Source of the DNA: a virus
Length of the DNA stretch: 64,000 nt
Reading direction: 5' to 3' (one strand)
IMG/VR virus record: IMGVR_UViG_3300046336_000034
Coordinates: 1 to 64,000 of that record
The notes below the pieces were generated by a model. That model saw only the letters and a list, made by a program, of their open reading frames with translations. It made no database searches and was not told the DNA's origin. Shown in pieces: positions 18,576 through 29,223 of this stretch. The translations under genes were made by a program, and so were the position numbers. Each line of letters opens with the position of its first letter. The first letter of the stretch is position 1.

Positions 18576-19145
18576 TTAAACAATTACCCATGTTGCACCT
18601 GTTGGTATAGTGACGACAATGCCAGTATTTATTGTGATTGGCCCTGCTGTGGAAGCATTCTTACCTGCTCCTAGTGTGTAATTAGTAGTCACAACTTGGT
18701 CATTCTCTACAAATACTTGGTCACCACCTGCACCAGTTGCACCTGCACCACCAGAAATAGGTGACCAGTGTGTTACATCTAGACTTGGGTCAATTGTACC
18801 TGACGTTGCTAAGATGCAACGATACACTCGCATATTCAGAGGACTCCATGCTGCATTACCTACAACATAAGATGCTGCACTTACCCACATTGGAGCACCT
18901 GCTGCTGAAGCTGCTTGTCCTGCTGCCACTTCTGCTGCTGCTGCATCTAATGCGGCTTGTACACCAGCATTGAATGCCTCTGTCGCATTGTTGTACACAT
19001 TGTTAAGCGCAAGCTGTAACTCAGGAATTTGTGTATTCTTGATGAAATCATCACGAGCGATAGAACGAGCTACAAACGTAGGTCGGTCTGCCCTATCTGG
19101 AGATAACCCAGCAGGGGTTAGTGTTGGAGGAGCAATTACTACCAT
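18576..19145 (-). CDS. tail protein with CBM5/12-like module
   Basis: WVSAASYVVG...VYRC...DPS.D..HW; C-terminal fibre-joining motif. Confidence 0.6.
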   Translation of the reverse strand: MVVIAPPTLTPAGLSPDRADRPTFVARSIARDDFIKNTQIPELQLALNNVYNNATEAFNAGVQAALDAAAAEVAAGQAASAAGAPMWVSAASYVVGNAAWSPLNMRVYRCILATSGTIDPSLDVTHWSPISGGAGATGAGGDQVFVENDQVVTTNYTLGAGKNASTAGPITINTGIVVTIPTGATWVIV

Positions 19146-20077
19146 TAGATAAATCCTTTTATTGAGAGAGACATGATTGAGTGCGTAGGCCCTTCATAAC
19201 TGAGAGTCCCTGATGCAAGCCCAAAAACATTCAACCCTGCAAAGGTGCTTGCGTCTGAGCCAATCCATGCAGCAGGTACATCAAGTACGTCCTGAAGTGT
19301 TAGTAAAGCAGTATCAGAGTCATTGTTACTTAGTATCACATTGATGTCCATATCTGTTGCACTTGCACGTTTGACGATTTTTGTTTTACCAAAAGCATCA
19401 GTGCTGATATAACTATATGTGATTGGTTTAGCAGAAGCACCATACTGTGTACCGCCACCTTCTGTTGTTAAGGAGCGTAAATCTCCAATAGCAATTAAGC
19501 CTATCTTTGCAACACCTGCACCTGCTGTAATTGTTATAGTCAACTCAGGGTCTGCGTAAGGTACTAAGTCCTTGATGAAAACCTTTGATAATTGTTTAAA
19601 CGAAGTTGGAAAATAATAATCGTAGTGGTCTACAGGTGGTGAGATTAACTCAGTCGTTGATGTGTAGACTACACTACCACCAACTGAGTCTTTCAATGTT
19701 ATTACACAACTATCACCGACTATTCCATAGAGGGCAATAGCATTGAAGATACCGGGGCGTAGCACATAGGTTAAAGTACCTGATATACTACTTGGTGTAT
19801 TAACCTGTCCATCAAATGCTGCCCACTTGTTAGTTGGGTCTACATCCACCCACCGAGGTATTGCATCAGCGATGGTCAACTCTGGCGGGGTTGCATTAAC
19901 ACCTGCGATAATGTTCTCGTACACTCTATGAGTAGCTGTACGAATGACTCTATCACCTTGGGCATAGTTAGTAGCAGCATTCCAAGCAGTTTCACCTGCT
20001 GCTGGTTCAGCAATGGTGCTACTAGTAAGTAGTGCATCCGTGATAACAAGTGGTACTAGGACAAATACCCCACTCAT
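19145..20077 (-). CDS. distal tail-like protein with CBM5/12-like insert
   Basis: Directly after tape measure; WNAATNYAQGDRV...PTNKWAAFD. Confidence 0.6.
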   Translation of the reverse strand: MSGVFVLVPLVITDALLTSSTIAEPAAGETAWNAATNYAQGDRVIRTATHRVYENIIAGVNATPPELTIADAIPRWVDVDPTNKWAAFDGQVNTPSSISGTLTYVLRPGIFNAIALYGIVGDSCVITLKDSVGGSVVYTSTTELISPPVDHYDYYFPTSFKQLSKVFIKDLVPYADPELTITITAGAGVAKIGLIAIGDLRSLTTEGGGTQYGASAKPITYSYISTDAFGKTKIVKRASATDMDINVILSNNDSDTALLTLQDVLDVPAAWIGSDASTFAGLNVFGLASGTLSYEGPTHSIMSLSIKGFI

Positions 20078-23000
20078 TGCGCTATCTCCACTAAGAATGG
20101 AACACCTTGTTGTCCTTGGAGTGTGTCAGCAGTTTTACGGGTATTTTTATTACCTTCTTCTGTTGTTTTTCTCAAATTAATAACCTCTTCTCTTAATGAT
20201 TCATTACTGGATAAAAGTCTAGCCATTAAAGCGTTTGCTTCGTCTCGTGCTGCTTTTTGCAAGTCCACATAAGGACGTGGAGTAATCTCCTCACCTTTAT
20301 GGATTCGTGCAGTCATATCACGGGGAATGTAGTTTGCACCTACAGCAAATGCGCCTTCAACAGCTCCACCACCTCCAGAGCTAGAATTTGGATACAGAAT
20401 ACTCTTCAGGAACTTAGCCATTGGGTCATTAGGGTTATAACCCTTTTGAATCGCTGTCTGGTAGTCAATGCCCTCTGGGTTTCCAGCCGATGCTCCGAGA
20501 ATCGCCTTCATCAGTGTGTCACCTGATAACTGTGAGTTCAAGAATGATTGATACCCTGAGTCATCTGGATTTCGGTTGTAGTATTCACGGTACGCAGCAA
20601 CAATATCCTTATTATCTTGTCCTGCGATATTAGCAAAACCCGCTGGGGCAGATGATGCACCGCCACCAGAATAACCACCCCCACCGCCTGAACTTCCTCC
20701 ACTAGTTCCAGTCATAGGACTATAACTGTATGACCCTGCACTTGCCTGAGCACTTGCAAGAGACACCATAGAGTTTTGGAAACTTAGTATTGCTTCCTCA
20801 ACAGAAACTACAGAATTATCTACACCCTTCAAGGCATCGAGTTGACTCTTAGCTAGTGCTAATTGAGCATCTAATCTCTCTAAGGAGAGTTGTTCAGTAT
20901 CTACTTGCTTATCTGCATAATTGGTTAAGTCCGAAATATCGTTTGCAGTCCTAGCTTGGTCAATCATATACTCACTGAATGAGCCAAATAAGTCAATTGA
21001 CGGTTGAGCTAGTGTCTCTAACGCAGGTTTCAAAGCTGCTGCAGTAGGTAACGAGCCACCTGCTTTAGCAACTGCCGTGTACATACGAAGTTGTGCTTGT
21101 GCAGCGTTACGTGCCATTGGCTGAATAACTGTTTCAAGTGTGGACTTCAAAGCTGCTGCTAGTTCAGTAGCAGTTTGTAAACGCAACTCAGCAATCTTCC
21201 TCTCTGCTGCAATGCTTCGCTCTAGTCTTGCATAGTTTGCATCAACTGCAGCATACATATCCTCTAACTGATAAGTCAGTTTCAACATAGCAATACTAGC
21301 AGCGTCTGTTGTCCCTGCTAAGGCTGTTGCACGGTCGAACTCTTTCTGAGTAGTACGTCCTAATAGCACATTCAACTTACCGGCAATGTTGTACCTAGTT
21401 TGCGCAAGTTGTTCCTCTGCTTGGGCAGCAGCTTGAGCAGCAGATGCACCTGCGGATGCAGCAGCAGCGCCTGCACGATGAGCTTCAATTTGGTCGCGCA
21501 GTTTTTCGTTATAGTCAAAAACAGCAATCTCTTCTTCGCTCATACCTCGTGTGCCGAGGTTACGTGCTAAGTTACGTGCGCCTGCGATGTCGCCACTGGC
21601 TCTTAGTAACTCGATACTTAAACTAACTGTCTCACCTGCTAATTTACGCATTGTAGGTGAAGCATTTTCCAAGCCGTAGAGTACATCACGTAAGCCCTGA
21701 GCAGCTTCATCACTGCCTACAGCTAACTCTAAGAATGGTAAACCAATCAAGGAGTTGTTGAACAATGATAAATCATTTATTACAGTAGGGATTTCATCTT
21801 CACTATCACCGAAGATTGCGAACAGTGCCAATGCACCTGCTGCGAACAAACCAACAGGACCTAATGCAGCCATCACAGATGCACCCATACCTCCCACGCC
21901 AGCCGCACCAGCAGTAGCTGCTGTAGCGGTAGTTGTAGCTGCTGCACTCAAGGTTGTTAACCCTGCACTTGCAGCCTCAATACCTGCTAATGATGTCGTT
22001 GATACACCAGAGACAGCACCTGCACCAACTGCGGCAGAACTTGTAAACGAGCCACCACCTCCTAACATAGTACCAAGGAAGTCTACACCTTGTGACATCA
22101 AGTTATCTGTACCCTTACCCATCAGCATATCCATGAAACTGCCGCCAGCGGAGTTACCACCCATCATTCCAGACAACAATGCTTGCACATTAGCTTGGAT
22201 GTTTAGAGTAATAGTCTTAGTCAACTCTGCAACAATTAAATCACGGAGTTTCTTTTTACCAGCTTTAGCCCCATCAGTCATACCTGTGACTAATGCATCA
22301 GCTACACCTTTTGAGAAGTTCTCTAGCTTTGCATCATTGAGTTCTTTCTCAGCGACTCCAGCACCTTCTTTAATGATTTCAGATTGACGCTCTGCTAATG
22401 CATTCGCTCTGCTGATTTTTAATTCTCGACTTGCATCGGCTTCACCAGTCATGTTTGGATTTGCAGTAACTAAGCGGTTGTACTCAGCTTGAGCTTCATT
22501 GATAGCTTCTTGCTGCTTTAGCTTTACATCTTGAAGCTGACTCTCAATTTCATAAGCACGCTTCATTGCGTCTTTTTGCTCTTGAGTCTTACCAATAAGC
22601 TTCTCTCTGAAATCTAAATCTTTTTGTTGCTTATCCAATCCACCCATGTCTTTGTTGAAAGCTTCTGAGTTTACTGCATTTGATTTAGCAATAGTTGCTA
22701 CTGTTTCAGCATTGAGAGTTTCAATATTGACTCTTCTTGATGTAACTAAAGCGTCTAGTTTAGCTTTCTCGAAATCATACGCTTGCGCAGAGGACTCAGA
22801 ATAACCGTTCTTAACCATGTACTCAACGTGCTCTTTTTGCAAGGCGATAACGTGGTCGAGACGGTCAGCTTTAATAGCTGTGATTTGTTCTGCTGTTTTA
22901 CCGATTAATTCATTTTCTAACTTCTGGGCTTTTGATTTTTCATCAAGGGCAGAAATCTCTGAACCAATAGCATCTCTTAGCTTTTGAGTGTACTCAAGTT

Positions 23001-25905
23001 GTGCATATTGTTTTTCAAGTTCTTTATCGTCAATGTCAGATTTAGCCTTCTTGATTTTACCTTCTAAGGTTTCAACTTCTTTCTTGGAGTTAACCTTCTT
23101 CTTAGCAATTTCAATTTCTTCTTTATAAAATTTAATTGAATCGTTTAAAGACGTTTGTTCAATGCTTGCTTTTTGAGTGCTGTAGTCGTAGTCATTAACT
23201 AAGCCACGCTTATGTTCGCTGTTGATAGCGTCCATCGCCATCTTAGCACTGCGCACAGCTTCGTTACGGTCGTTCTCAATTTGTTGCTGTTGTGCGCCTA
23301 GGGTGTCGCGGATTGCTCCTGCTTCGCCTTTAGGTTTTTCATCTTTGAATTTTTTCTCAATTCCAAAATATATACCTTCTTTATCTTTTTGTAATTTTGC
23401 CAAATCCTCTTGAAGTTTTTTCTGTCCTTCGACGGTAGCATCTGCTGTTCTTTTTAAATCTTTTTCAACTAATGCAAATTGGATATCTGTCTGAGATTTT
23501 TTATCTGCGATAGCTTTAGCTTTACGGGCAGGGTCTAACCTTGAGTTAGCACCAAACTCATTTTTCAATTTTTCAATTTTTTCGGCGGCTACAATGCCAT
23601 CACGATTTGCTTTTCTTGCATCTACTTCAGCTTGGGTCTCTAATCGCCTTACTGATACACCACTCTCTACGACGGTGATGTATTTGGCTTGGGCTGCAGC
23701 TAACTTGTTCATGTTTGCGGCAGCGGCAGAAGCTGCCTCTGGATTAGTGATAGCAGTATTCCACTCTTCCCATGATTTCAGATTCTTCTCTGTATCTGTC
23801 TTTATATTGGACTTATCTGATTTGAAAGGGTTGATAAAGTTTAGTGCCTTACCAATAGGGTGAGCTTGTGCTCCACTGGAGGCTAAATCCATGCCCTCTT
23901 TGATTAAAAAAGTGGTGGCATTAACCCAACGGAGAAGATTTTTCCAAGTCTCAGTTAAGGCGTTGATAACCGATTCAGACTCTGCAAATCTATATACACT
24001 CTCTGTTAACAGATTCATTTGCAGTTTCATATCGTCCCAGAGCTTACCTAGGGGAGTCATGTTATCTTTGGCATTTTGTGCCATTTCACCGTAAATTCTA
24101 TCTAGCTCTTTTGTAGCTAATGCAACAGCCTCTAAGTGCTTACCTTGGTCTTCAAGTTCTCGGATATTGTCAATAGTGGCGGCAGTTGTCCTACCTGTTG
24201 CCATACCAATTTCTGTTAATGTCTTAACAGGGTCTGCTGCCAGCTTAGAGTACTCTTTAACAATATCCTGAGTGGACACCCCAAGATAGCGGTTCATATC
24301 TATTGCAGCGGTTGTAATACCTACAATAGACTCTTTTCCTAGATTACCTGCTTGAGCAATCTCAGTTAGAACTTTTGCAACACCTAGGGACGTGGCTGCG
24401 CCAGATGCCATTGCACTAGACATCGACATCGCTTCCTGTTTAGTTACAGCTAACGCAGCACCGTTCAGAACCAAGGCATTAGATAGTTCGTGTGAAGTAG
24501 TTAGAATATTCTTATAAGCTATTGCTAGGGTTGCTAGGATGGCTACTAGACCCAGTACACCTGCTGCGATAATAGGTGTGATAATTGAATTGGCTGTGGC
24601 TTTAAATGTGTTGGCAAGGGCTTCAGAAGCTTTTGAAGATAACCCCATCTTGTACGCGAAGGTATCTAATATCAACCCTGCTTCGTTAATAGCAGCTTTC
24701 ATTCCTGTCATGGACATAGCTACTTCAGCAAAACCCATTGCAGTGTTCTTAACAGCAATAAGAACAACCCTACCTAGATTCAAAGCAACATCTCGGAAAC
24801 CTGTGACAATCTGAGTGAACGCACTGTTCAAGACTGTCTGCATGTTGTGACCTTCTCTACCGATGTCACCAAAGATAGCTCTCATCTGGTCGCCCTGTTG
24901 GAGTAGCACAGTCAGCGGATTTTGCCCACCAGCAAGTGATACACCAATATCACCTAATTGTACAGACGTAGCTCGTGCTAGGTAGTTTAGTTTGTCACGC
25001 TTCTTGGTGTTGTCAACTGCTCTAATGTCCTCTAATGGGCGCTTAATATTTGCGATATTTTTATAGTGATTCTCTGTTGCACGTAAACCTTCTCTGAACT
25101 GCAGCTTCTGTGCTTGTAGCTCGTCTGCACCTGCTTTAATTGTAATTTCAGAGGCACTTATACGTGCAGCTACATCTTCTTTAAGAACAACACGTTGTTG
25201 CTTGAAGAGTTCAAAGGCACGAAGCTTGTCTCTGTAGAGGTTGTCAGTCTCTTTCTTGGATAGAGACATAACAGAGGACTCAGAGCCATCACCCAACGCT
25301 TTAGCTGCTTCATAACGCTTTGTGTAATCTATTAGCTGTCTGTAACCTTCACGCGCTTGACCTAGTTCTTTTGTGAGGCTAACCAAGCCACTTGTCGATT
25401 GGTCAAAAGGGTCTTGCCCCATAATCTTACGTTGAGAAGCGATTGTTGTCATCAACTTAGACATCTCAACATCAGCTAGACCTGCTGCCTTACCTGCTGC
25501 TAAGATTGAGGATTGACCTTTTGACCATCCCTCATTCATGTACCCTAGGACAGTGACTTGACGTTGTAGGATGTCTTGATGTACTTTAGCCTCACGCTCT
25601 CGTGAAGTGTTAGCCTTTTCTTGATTGGCAATATCTTGTTTAACTAGCTTATCTTTTTGCTTGTAGAATTGCTCAGTTGCCTGAGCCATCATTTCAGTTT
25701 GTTTAGCTTGTTTTTGAACAGCCACTGTACTTACTTCAACAGCCTTAGTGACACCCTTTGCGCCATCATCAGCGGCTTTACCTAAATCCACTAAGGGTTT
25801 GTTTAGACTTTTTACAGCCGTGGATAATCCTGCAATTTTTTTAACTGCACTATCAAGTTGCACGGTGTCTACGGTAAATCTTAGCTGGGATAAATCAAAT
25901 GACAT
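20074..25905 (-). CDS. tail tape measure protein
   Basis: 1943 aa, Ala/Lys-rich helical; GQNPLTVLLQQGDQ motif; FAVG...ARIHKGEEI C-terminus. Confidence 0.93.
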   Translation of the reverse strand: MSFDLSQLRFTVDTVQLDSAVKKIAGLSTAVKSLNKPLVDLGKAADDGAKGVTKAVEVSTVAVQKQAKQTEMMAQATEQFYKQKDKLVKQDIANQEKANTSREREAKVHQDILQRQVTVLGYMNEGWSKGQSSILAAGKAAGLADVEMSKLMTTIASQRKIMGQDPFDQSTSGLVSLTKELGQAREGYRQLIDYTKRYEAAKALGDGSESSVMSLSKKETDNLYRDKLRAFELFKQQRVVLKEDVAARISASEITIKAGADELQAQKLQFREGLRATENHYKNIANIKRPLEDIRAVDNTKKRDKLNYLARATSVQLGDIGVSLAGGQNPLTVLLQQGDQMRAIFGDIGREGHNMQTVLNSAFTQIVTGFRDVALNLGRVVLIAVKNTAMGFAEVAMSMTGMKAAINEAGLILDTFAYKMGLSSKASEALANTFKATANSIITPIIAAGVLGLVAILATLAIAYKNILTTSHELSNALVLNGAALAVTKQEAMSMSSAMASGAATSLGVAKVLTEIAQAGNLGKESIVGITTAAIDMNRYLGVSTQDIVKEYSKLAADPVKTLTEIGMATGRTTAATIDNIRELEDQGKHLEAVALATKELDRIYGEMAQNAKDNMTPLGKLWDDMKLQMNLLTESVYRFAESESVINALTETWKNLLRWVNATTFLIKEGMDLASSGAQAHPIGKALNFINPFKSDKSNIKTDTEKNLKSWEEWNTAITNPEAASAAAANMNKLAAAQAKYITVVESGVSVRRLETQAEVDARKANRDGIVAAEKIEKLKNEFGANSRLDPARKAKAIADKKSQTDIQFALVEKDLKRTADATVEGQKKLQEDLAKLQKDKEGIYFGIEKKFKDEKPKGEAGAIRDTLGAQQQQIENDRNEAVRSAKMAMDAINSEHKRGLVNDYDYSTQKASIEQTSLNDSIKFYKEEIEIAKKKVNSKKEVETLEGKIKKAKSDIDDKELEKQYAQLEYTQKLRDAIGSEISALDEKSKAQKLENELIGKTAEQITAIKADRLDHVIALQKEHVEYMVKNGYSESSAQAYDFEKAKLDALVTSRRVNIETLNAETVATIAKSNAVNSEAFNKDMGGLDKQQKDLDFREKLIGKTQEQKDAMKRAYEIESQLQDVKLKQQEAINEAQAEYNRLVTANPNMTGEADASRELKISRANALAERQSEIIKEGAGVAEKELNDAKLENFSKGVADALVTGMTDGAKAGKKKLRDLIVAELTKTITLNIQANVQALLSGMMGGNSAGGSFMDMLMGKGTDNLMSQGVDFLGTMLGGGGSFTSSAAVGAGAVSGVSTTSLAGIEAASAGLTTLSAAATTTATAATAGAAGVGGMGASVMAALGPVGLFAAGALALFAIFGDSEDEIPTVINDLSLFNNSLIGLPFLELAVGSDEAAQGLRDVLYGLENASPTMRKLAGETVSLSIELLRASGDIAGARNLARNLGTRGMSEEEIAVFDYNEKLRDQIEAHRAGAAAASAGASAAQAAAQAEEQLAQTRYNIAGKLNVLLGRTTQKEFDRATALAGTTDAASIAMLKLTYQLEDMYAAVDANYARLERSIAAERKIAELRLQTATELAAALKSTLETVIQPMARNAAQAQLRMYTAVAKAGGSLPTAAALKPALETLAQPSIDLFGSFSEYMIDQARTANDISDLTNYADKQVDTEQLSLERLDAQLALAKSQLDALKGVDNSVVSVEEAILSFQNSMVSLASAQASAGSYSYSPMTGTSGGSSGGGGGYSGGGASSAPAGFANIAGQDNKDIVAAYREYYNRNPDDSGYQSFLNSQLSGDTLMKAILGASAGNPEGIDYQTAIQKGYNPNDPMAKFLKSILYPNSSSGGGGAVEGAFAVGANYIPRDMTARIHKGEEITPRPYVDLQKAARDEANALMARLLSSNESLREEVINLRKTTEEGNKNTRKTADTLQGQQGVPFLVEIAQ

Positions 25906-25981
25906 CTTATTTCCTACTTATATTCTTTTTCTGTTTTAGCACTTGTTAAAATACCAAAGCAGAAAAGCCCCGCATGGAGGC

Positions 25982-26371
25982 TTAACTTTTCTTCTTACTA
26001 TCTTGCTTGCTCTTCTCAGCATAGACTGCTAAAACCTCACGGTCTAACCTCTTAATTAAATCAATTTCCCATATTTCAGGTTGAATTTGTCTTAATTTAA
26101 AAAAAGCATAGATGTCCGAGTATGTTATTGGGTTAAAACCAAAACCCGATGAACTCCTACTATCATTGAGATTTAAGAACCACCCCCAGACTTCGAAACA
26201 AGAAGCTGGTAACTCAGGGATATTCTCTAACTCTTTAGGTTTTATTCCTGTTTGTTCCCATACATTATTAAGTTGGTCACGGAGAGAAGAGCCTGAGCCA
26301 CTTCCAAATACTGCACCTCTAAATTCAGCTTTGCAGAACTCAATAGTGGCTTCAATGTCTTCAGGTGCGAA
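25982..26371 (-). CDS. tail assembly chaperone T-part (reached by frameshift, no own start codon)
   Basis: 129-codon open frame (+1 to upstream gene): FAPEDIEATIEF...WGWFLNL..SRSSGFGFNPITYSDI...WEIDLIKRLD; missing from ORF track. Confidence 0.8.
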   Translation of the reverse strand, partial: FAPEDIEATIEFCKAEFRGAVFGSGSGSSLRDQLNNVWEQTGIKPKELENIPELPASCFEVWGWFLNLNDSRSSSGFGFNPITYSDIYAFFKLRQIQPEIWEIDLIKRLDREVLAVYAEKSKQDSKKKS

Positions 26372-26768
26372 AGTTCAGAAGTTGCTCACTCTCGGCAGTT
26401 ACCGCCTCACGGATGAACGGGTAATCAGTCATCAAACGAATGCACTCCTCTTTCGAGTACGGGACATCTTTACTATCTTCAACAATACCCGACCAAGAGA
26501 TAACTCGTAAGGCACTTGATTGAATGGCAAAGTCCTCAGACTCTTGCAAAGACATTGGTTCTGGTTCTTTACCACGTTTCTTAGCTGCTTGTTCTTTTAC
26601 TTGCATCTGTGAGAATGCATTACGGTAAAAATCCTTAACTACCTTACTGAGTGAACCACGTACTTTGATTTTGATATCGGTAATAGTACCATCAGGCATG
26701 GTAAGGTCAAATTCATAGCCTACTTCTGCGGCTTTAGTGGGATCATTTTTTTTCAAATCGAACGACAT
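26361..26768 (-). CDS. tail assembly chaperone (G-like)
   Basis: Lies between tail tube and tape measure genes. Confidence 0.8.
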   Translation of the reverse strand: MSFDLKKNDPTKAAEVGYEFDLTMPDGTITDIKIKVRGSLSKVVKDFYRNAFSQMQVKEQAAKKRGKEPEPMSLQESEDFAIQSSALRVISWSGIVEDSKDVPYSKEECIRLMTDYPFIREAVTAESEQLLNFRT

Positions 26769-26881
26769 AATATTCCTTTTTGTTTTCTAGTGAGATTTAC
26801 ATAAACAGAGTAACCCCAGAATCGGGGTTATCTTTTTGGACTGTACAGCTTTTATAAGTATTATTAACTGCACATAGTATT

Positions 26882-26910
26882 ATTATATCATACAATCTGT
26901 TACATGTCAA
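26882..26910 (-). promoter_or_regulatory. consensus sigma70 promoter
   Basis: TTGACA-17-TATAAT with extended TG. Confidence 0.8.
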
Positions 26911-26945
26911 GGGAAATATACTAAAGTGCATTATGTATAGGCGTT

Positions 26946-26980
26946 AAAAAACCCCTAAGGAGGTTAATCCAAAGGGGTTA
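26946..26980 (-). terminator. intrinsic terminator after tail tube gene
   Basis: AACCCCU...AGGGGUU stem followed by U-tract. Confidence 0.65.
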
Positions 26981-27000
26981 TATATTCTCACTAGAGGATA

Positions 27001-28209
27001 TTAAAGGGTACTGTCTTGAACCGCGATAGTGGTAGCTAGTAATCCACCTGTGGTAACACTGTTTAGGAGGGCAGTGAAAGATGTAGAGGCTGTTAGACCA
27101 AGTTCTGAATCGCTCTTATCAAATGAACCAAGTTTAACTCTAGGGATTGTATAGCTAACAAAATCCGCATTAGCTGCGTTAGATGTTGCAAGAGCAAACA
27201 CTAAAGACACTTCGGTTTCATCCTTGAAGTAATCACGGAAAACAGCGTCTTGGAAATACACACTCAAGTTACCTGTTGCTTTGATACGACCTGTAAAGAT
27301 GTCCTGCACAGCATTAGAGCCAACAACAACTGCATTCTCTGTGGCACGTTCCACGTTGAAGTCTGCGGAAGTAATCAAGGCTGCTGCTAGTCCATTGACA
27401 AGGACTGCTCCCTGTACACTCGCAAAAATTCCGTTTGTTCCCTGCGCTGTGGGTGATGTAAAATACTGTGAAGTACTTACTTGCCCAAGGTCTGCACCCA
27501 TAAAGGAGAAGTCAACTGTCGCCAAGCCTGTTGCTGGCAATTGAGTGTTCATAGAAGCAGTTTTCATGCCTACATAAACTTCAGATTGTGCAATATCGGA
27601 GTAGAACTCTTCGATAGTGAAGGACTGGTCTGTGTGACCTGTCAATGGTACGAATGTATCCTTACCACGCACAGTGGCAATCACAGAGGCGATTGGGCCT
27701 TCAGCAAGCAGTGCAGTATTGTTCAGAACTTTAACCGTCAAGACAGTGGCTGTCATGGAGACAATCAAGAGATTCTTTCCTACGTTCAGCACGTTCAATG
27801 AACCGCCTGTCAGGGCAATAACTTTACCGATGTTGAATGAGTCAGTAAACCAAGAGCCTGTTGAACGAGTAACAGTCCAGAAACTACCTGAAGCTGCGAT
27901 AGTTACTGACATAGTTGCTGTGACAGCACCAGTTGTAAAATCACGAGCTAAGATAGCTTGCATGAAATCACCGTAAGATGAAGGTGACAACTCGCCATTC
28001 AAAGAACCTTCTGCACTACGCACACCGTGGCGCATATCAGCCGTTTGACGGTCTACTCTCACCTCTGATGACTCAAAAGAATCCTTCTTTAGACTCATTG
28101 CTGAAGTGACACGGCGCAAATATTTTGCTCCTGCTGCTCCTGCCAACGTTCCAAAGGTTGTTTCTTTTTTGTAGCTTACGGACTTTGCCGTGCCTTTACT
28201 AATTGCCAT
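27001..28209 (-). CDS. major tail tube protein
   Basis: YKKETTFG...SEVR.DRQ...G.LNGELS; synteny; no sheath gene present. Confidence 0.85.
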   Translation of the reverse strand: MAISKGTAKSVSYKKETTFGTLAGAAGAKYLRRVTSAMSLKKDSFESSEVRVDRQTADMRHGVRSAEGSLNGELSPSSYGDFMQAILARDFTTGAVTATMSVTIAASGSFWTVTRSTGSWFTDSFNIGKVIALTGGSLNVLNVGKNLLIVSMTATVLTVKVLNNTALLAEGPIASVIATVRGKDTFVPLTGHTDQSFTIEEFYSDIAQSEVYVGMKTASMNTQLPATGLATVDFSFMGADLGQVSTSQYFTSPTAQGTNGIFASVQGAVLVNGLAAALITSADFNVERATENAVVVGSNAVQDIFTGRIKATGNLSVYFQDAVFRDYFKDETEVSLVFALATSNAANADFVSYTIPRVKLGSFDKSDSELGLTASTSFTALLNSVTTGGLLATTIAVQDSTL

Positions 28210-28264
28210 TGTGTTTTCCTTGTTTTATTAAATTACATTTTGCAAAATGTGCTGATTTTACGGT

Positions 28265-29089
28265 TCAACAACCGTCAATTTCTTTAACTTTGCAGTTATC
28301 AAAATGAAATCTAACCATCGCTGGTTTGAATGTTGATTGTTTGCCGCAATGTGGGCAAACTAGAAGAGGCTGATTTAACCAGTAATCTTTCAGCTTCTGC
28401 TTGCGCTCGTCTGTACAGGACATATCTAAGAGTGATTGAGCTAGTTTTATTTTACTTTTAGTCTCTTCTGTTCTCTGTTTTCCGAAGTTCCAATGCGTCT
28501 CACCTCCCATGCCATATTGAGGGTGGTTTACACCTGTATGCATCTGAGACATTAAACGTTTTGTCTCTTCGGTATGCTTCTTACCTTTAAAAGTACCGTC
28601 CCTGCTCTTGTAGCTTTTAATAAGAGACTCGGATAATTTTCTCAATGTCTCCTGAGTTTTAGGTTTACCTGTGTTAGCTTTTCTTACTGCTTCTTTTTGT
28701 TTTTCTGAAGTGCCAAGACCCGCTCTACCTTCTCCACCATCCGAGAGGTTAGTAAGAATGCCACCGTTATTGTCTATCCTCTTTCCGTAGAGAGAGATTA
28801 ACCTTATCTCCTCCACATACATTTCCTCTGCCGTCTCATACTGTTGGTGTAATCTTATGACAACAATTTCATTATCTTCTTGCATTCTTTTTATTTTACT
28901 TTTGACAAGAAAATTAACTCTATCCTCATTTTCAGAGAAATGCCCGTACACCCTTTTCCAGTTACAGGATGTGCCTATATAGAAAGGCATATCCCCCTGC
29001 ATTAGCATATAAACGTAATAAGCTTTACCAAGTGGTCTAAGAAAAGCTCCCACATCATATCGTGAGTTAAAGTCTAAATTCTGAAACAT
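28265..29089 (-). CDS. GIY-YIG homing endonuclease with NUMOD3-like repeats
   Basis: YYVY...FYIG...R; LTNLSDGGEG; GKKHTEETKRLMS; C-terminal CPHC. Confidence 0.85.
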   Translation of the reverse strand: MFQNLDFNSRYDVGAFLRPLGKAYYVYMLMQGDMPFYIGTSCNWKRVYGHFSENEDRVNFLVKSKIKRMQEDNEIVVIRLHQQYETAEEMYVEEIRLISLYGKRIDNNGGILTNLSDGGEGRAGLGTSEKQKEAVRKANTGKPKTQETLRKLSESLIKSYKSRDGTFKGKKHTEETKRLMSQMHTGVNHPQYGMGGETHWNFGKQRTEETKSKIKLAQSLLDMSCTDERKQKLKDYWLNQPLLVCPHCGKQSTFKPAMVRFHFDNCKVKEIDGC

Positions 29090-29124
29090 ATTTTCTCCAT
29101 TAAAGAAACCATTACTAAATAAAC

Positions 29125-29180
29125 AACAAGGCGGTACAGGTAATGACTCTGTATTTTCGGGAGCAACCCCTAGCCTTGTT
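29125..29180 (-). ncRNA. HEG-leader three-way-junction RNA, copy B
   Basis: AACAAGGC-UA-GGG..CCC-GAAA-A-UACAG[AGUCAUUAC]CUGUA-CC-GCCUUGUU; extended -10 TATAAT at 29191-29196. Confidence 0.75.
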
Positions 29181-29223
29181 TCAACTAAACATTATACCAC
29201 AATTTGTAACAGTTGTAACCACT

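Noticed and set aside
21755-24814. Plus-strand ORFs opposite the tape measure gene (and similar ones opposite other long genes)
   Set aside because: Antisense shadows of Ala/Thr-rich genes with no family motifs
26096-26105. U UUU UUA-type -1 slippery run
   Set aside because: Lies deep inside the T frame, about 260 nt past the G stop, so it cannot link the two frames
26112-26510. 132-aa plus-strand ORF
   Set aside because: Shadow of the minus-strand chaperone G/T frames
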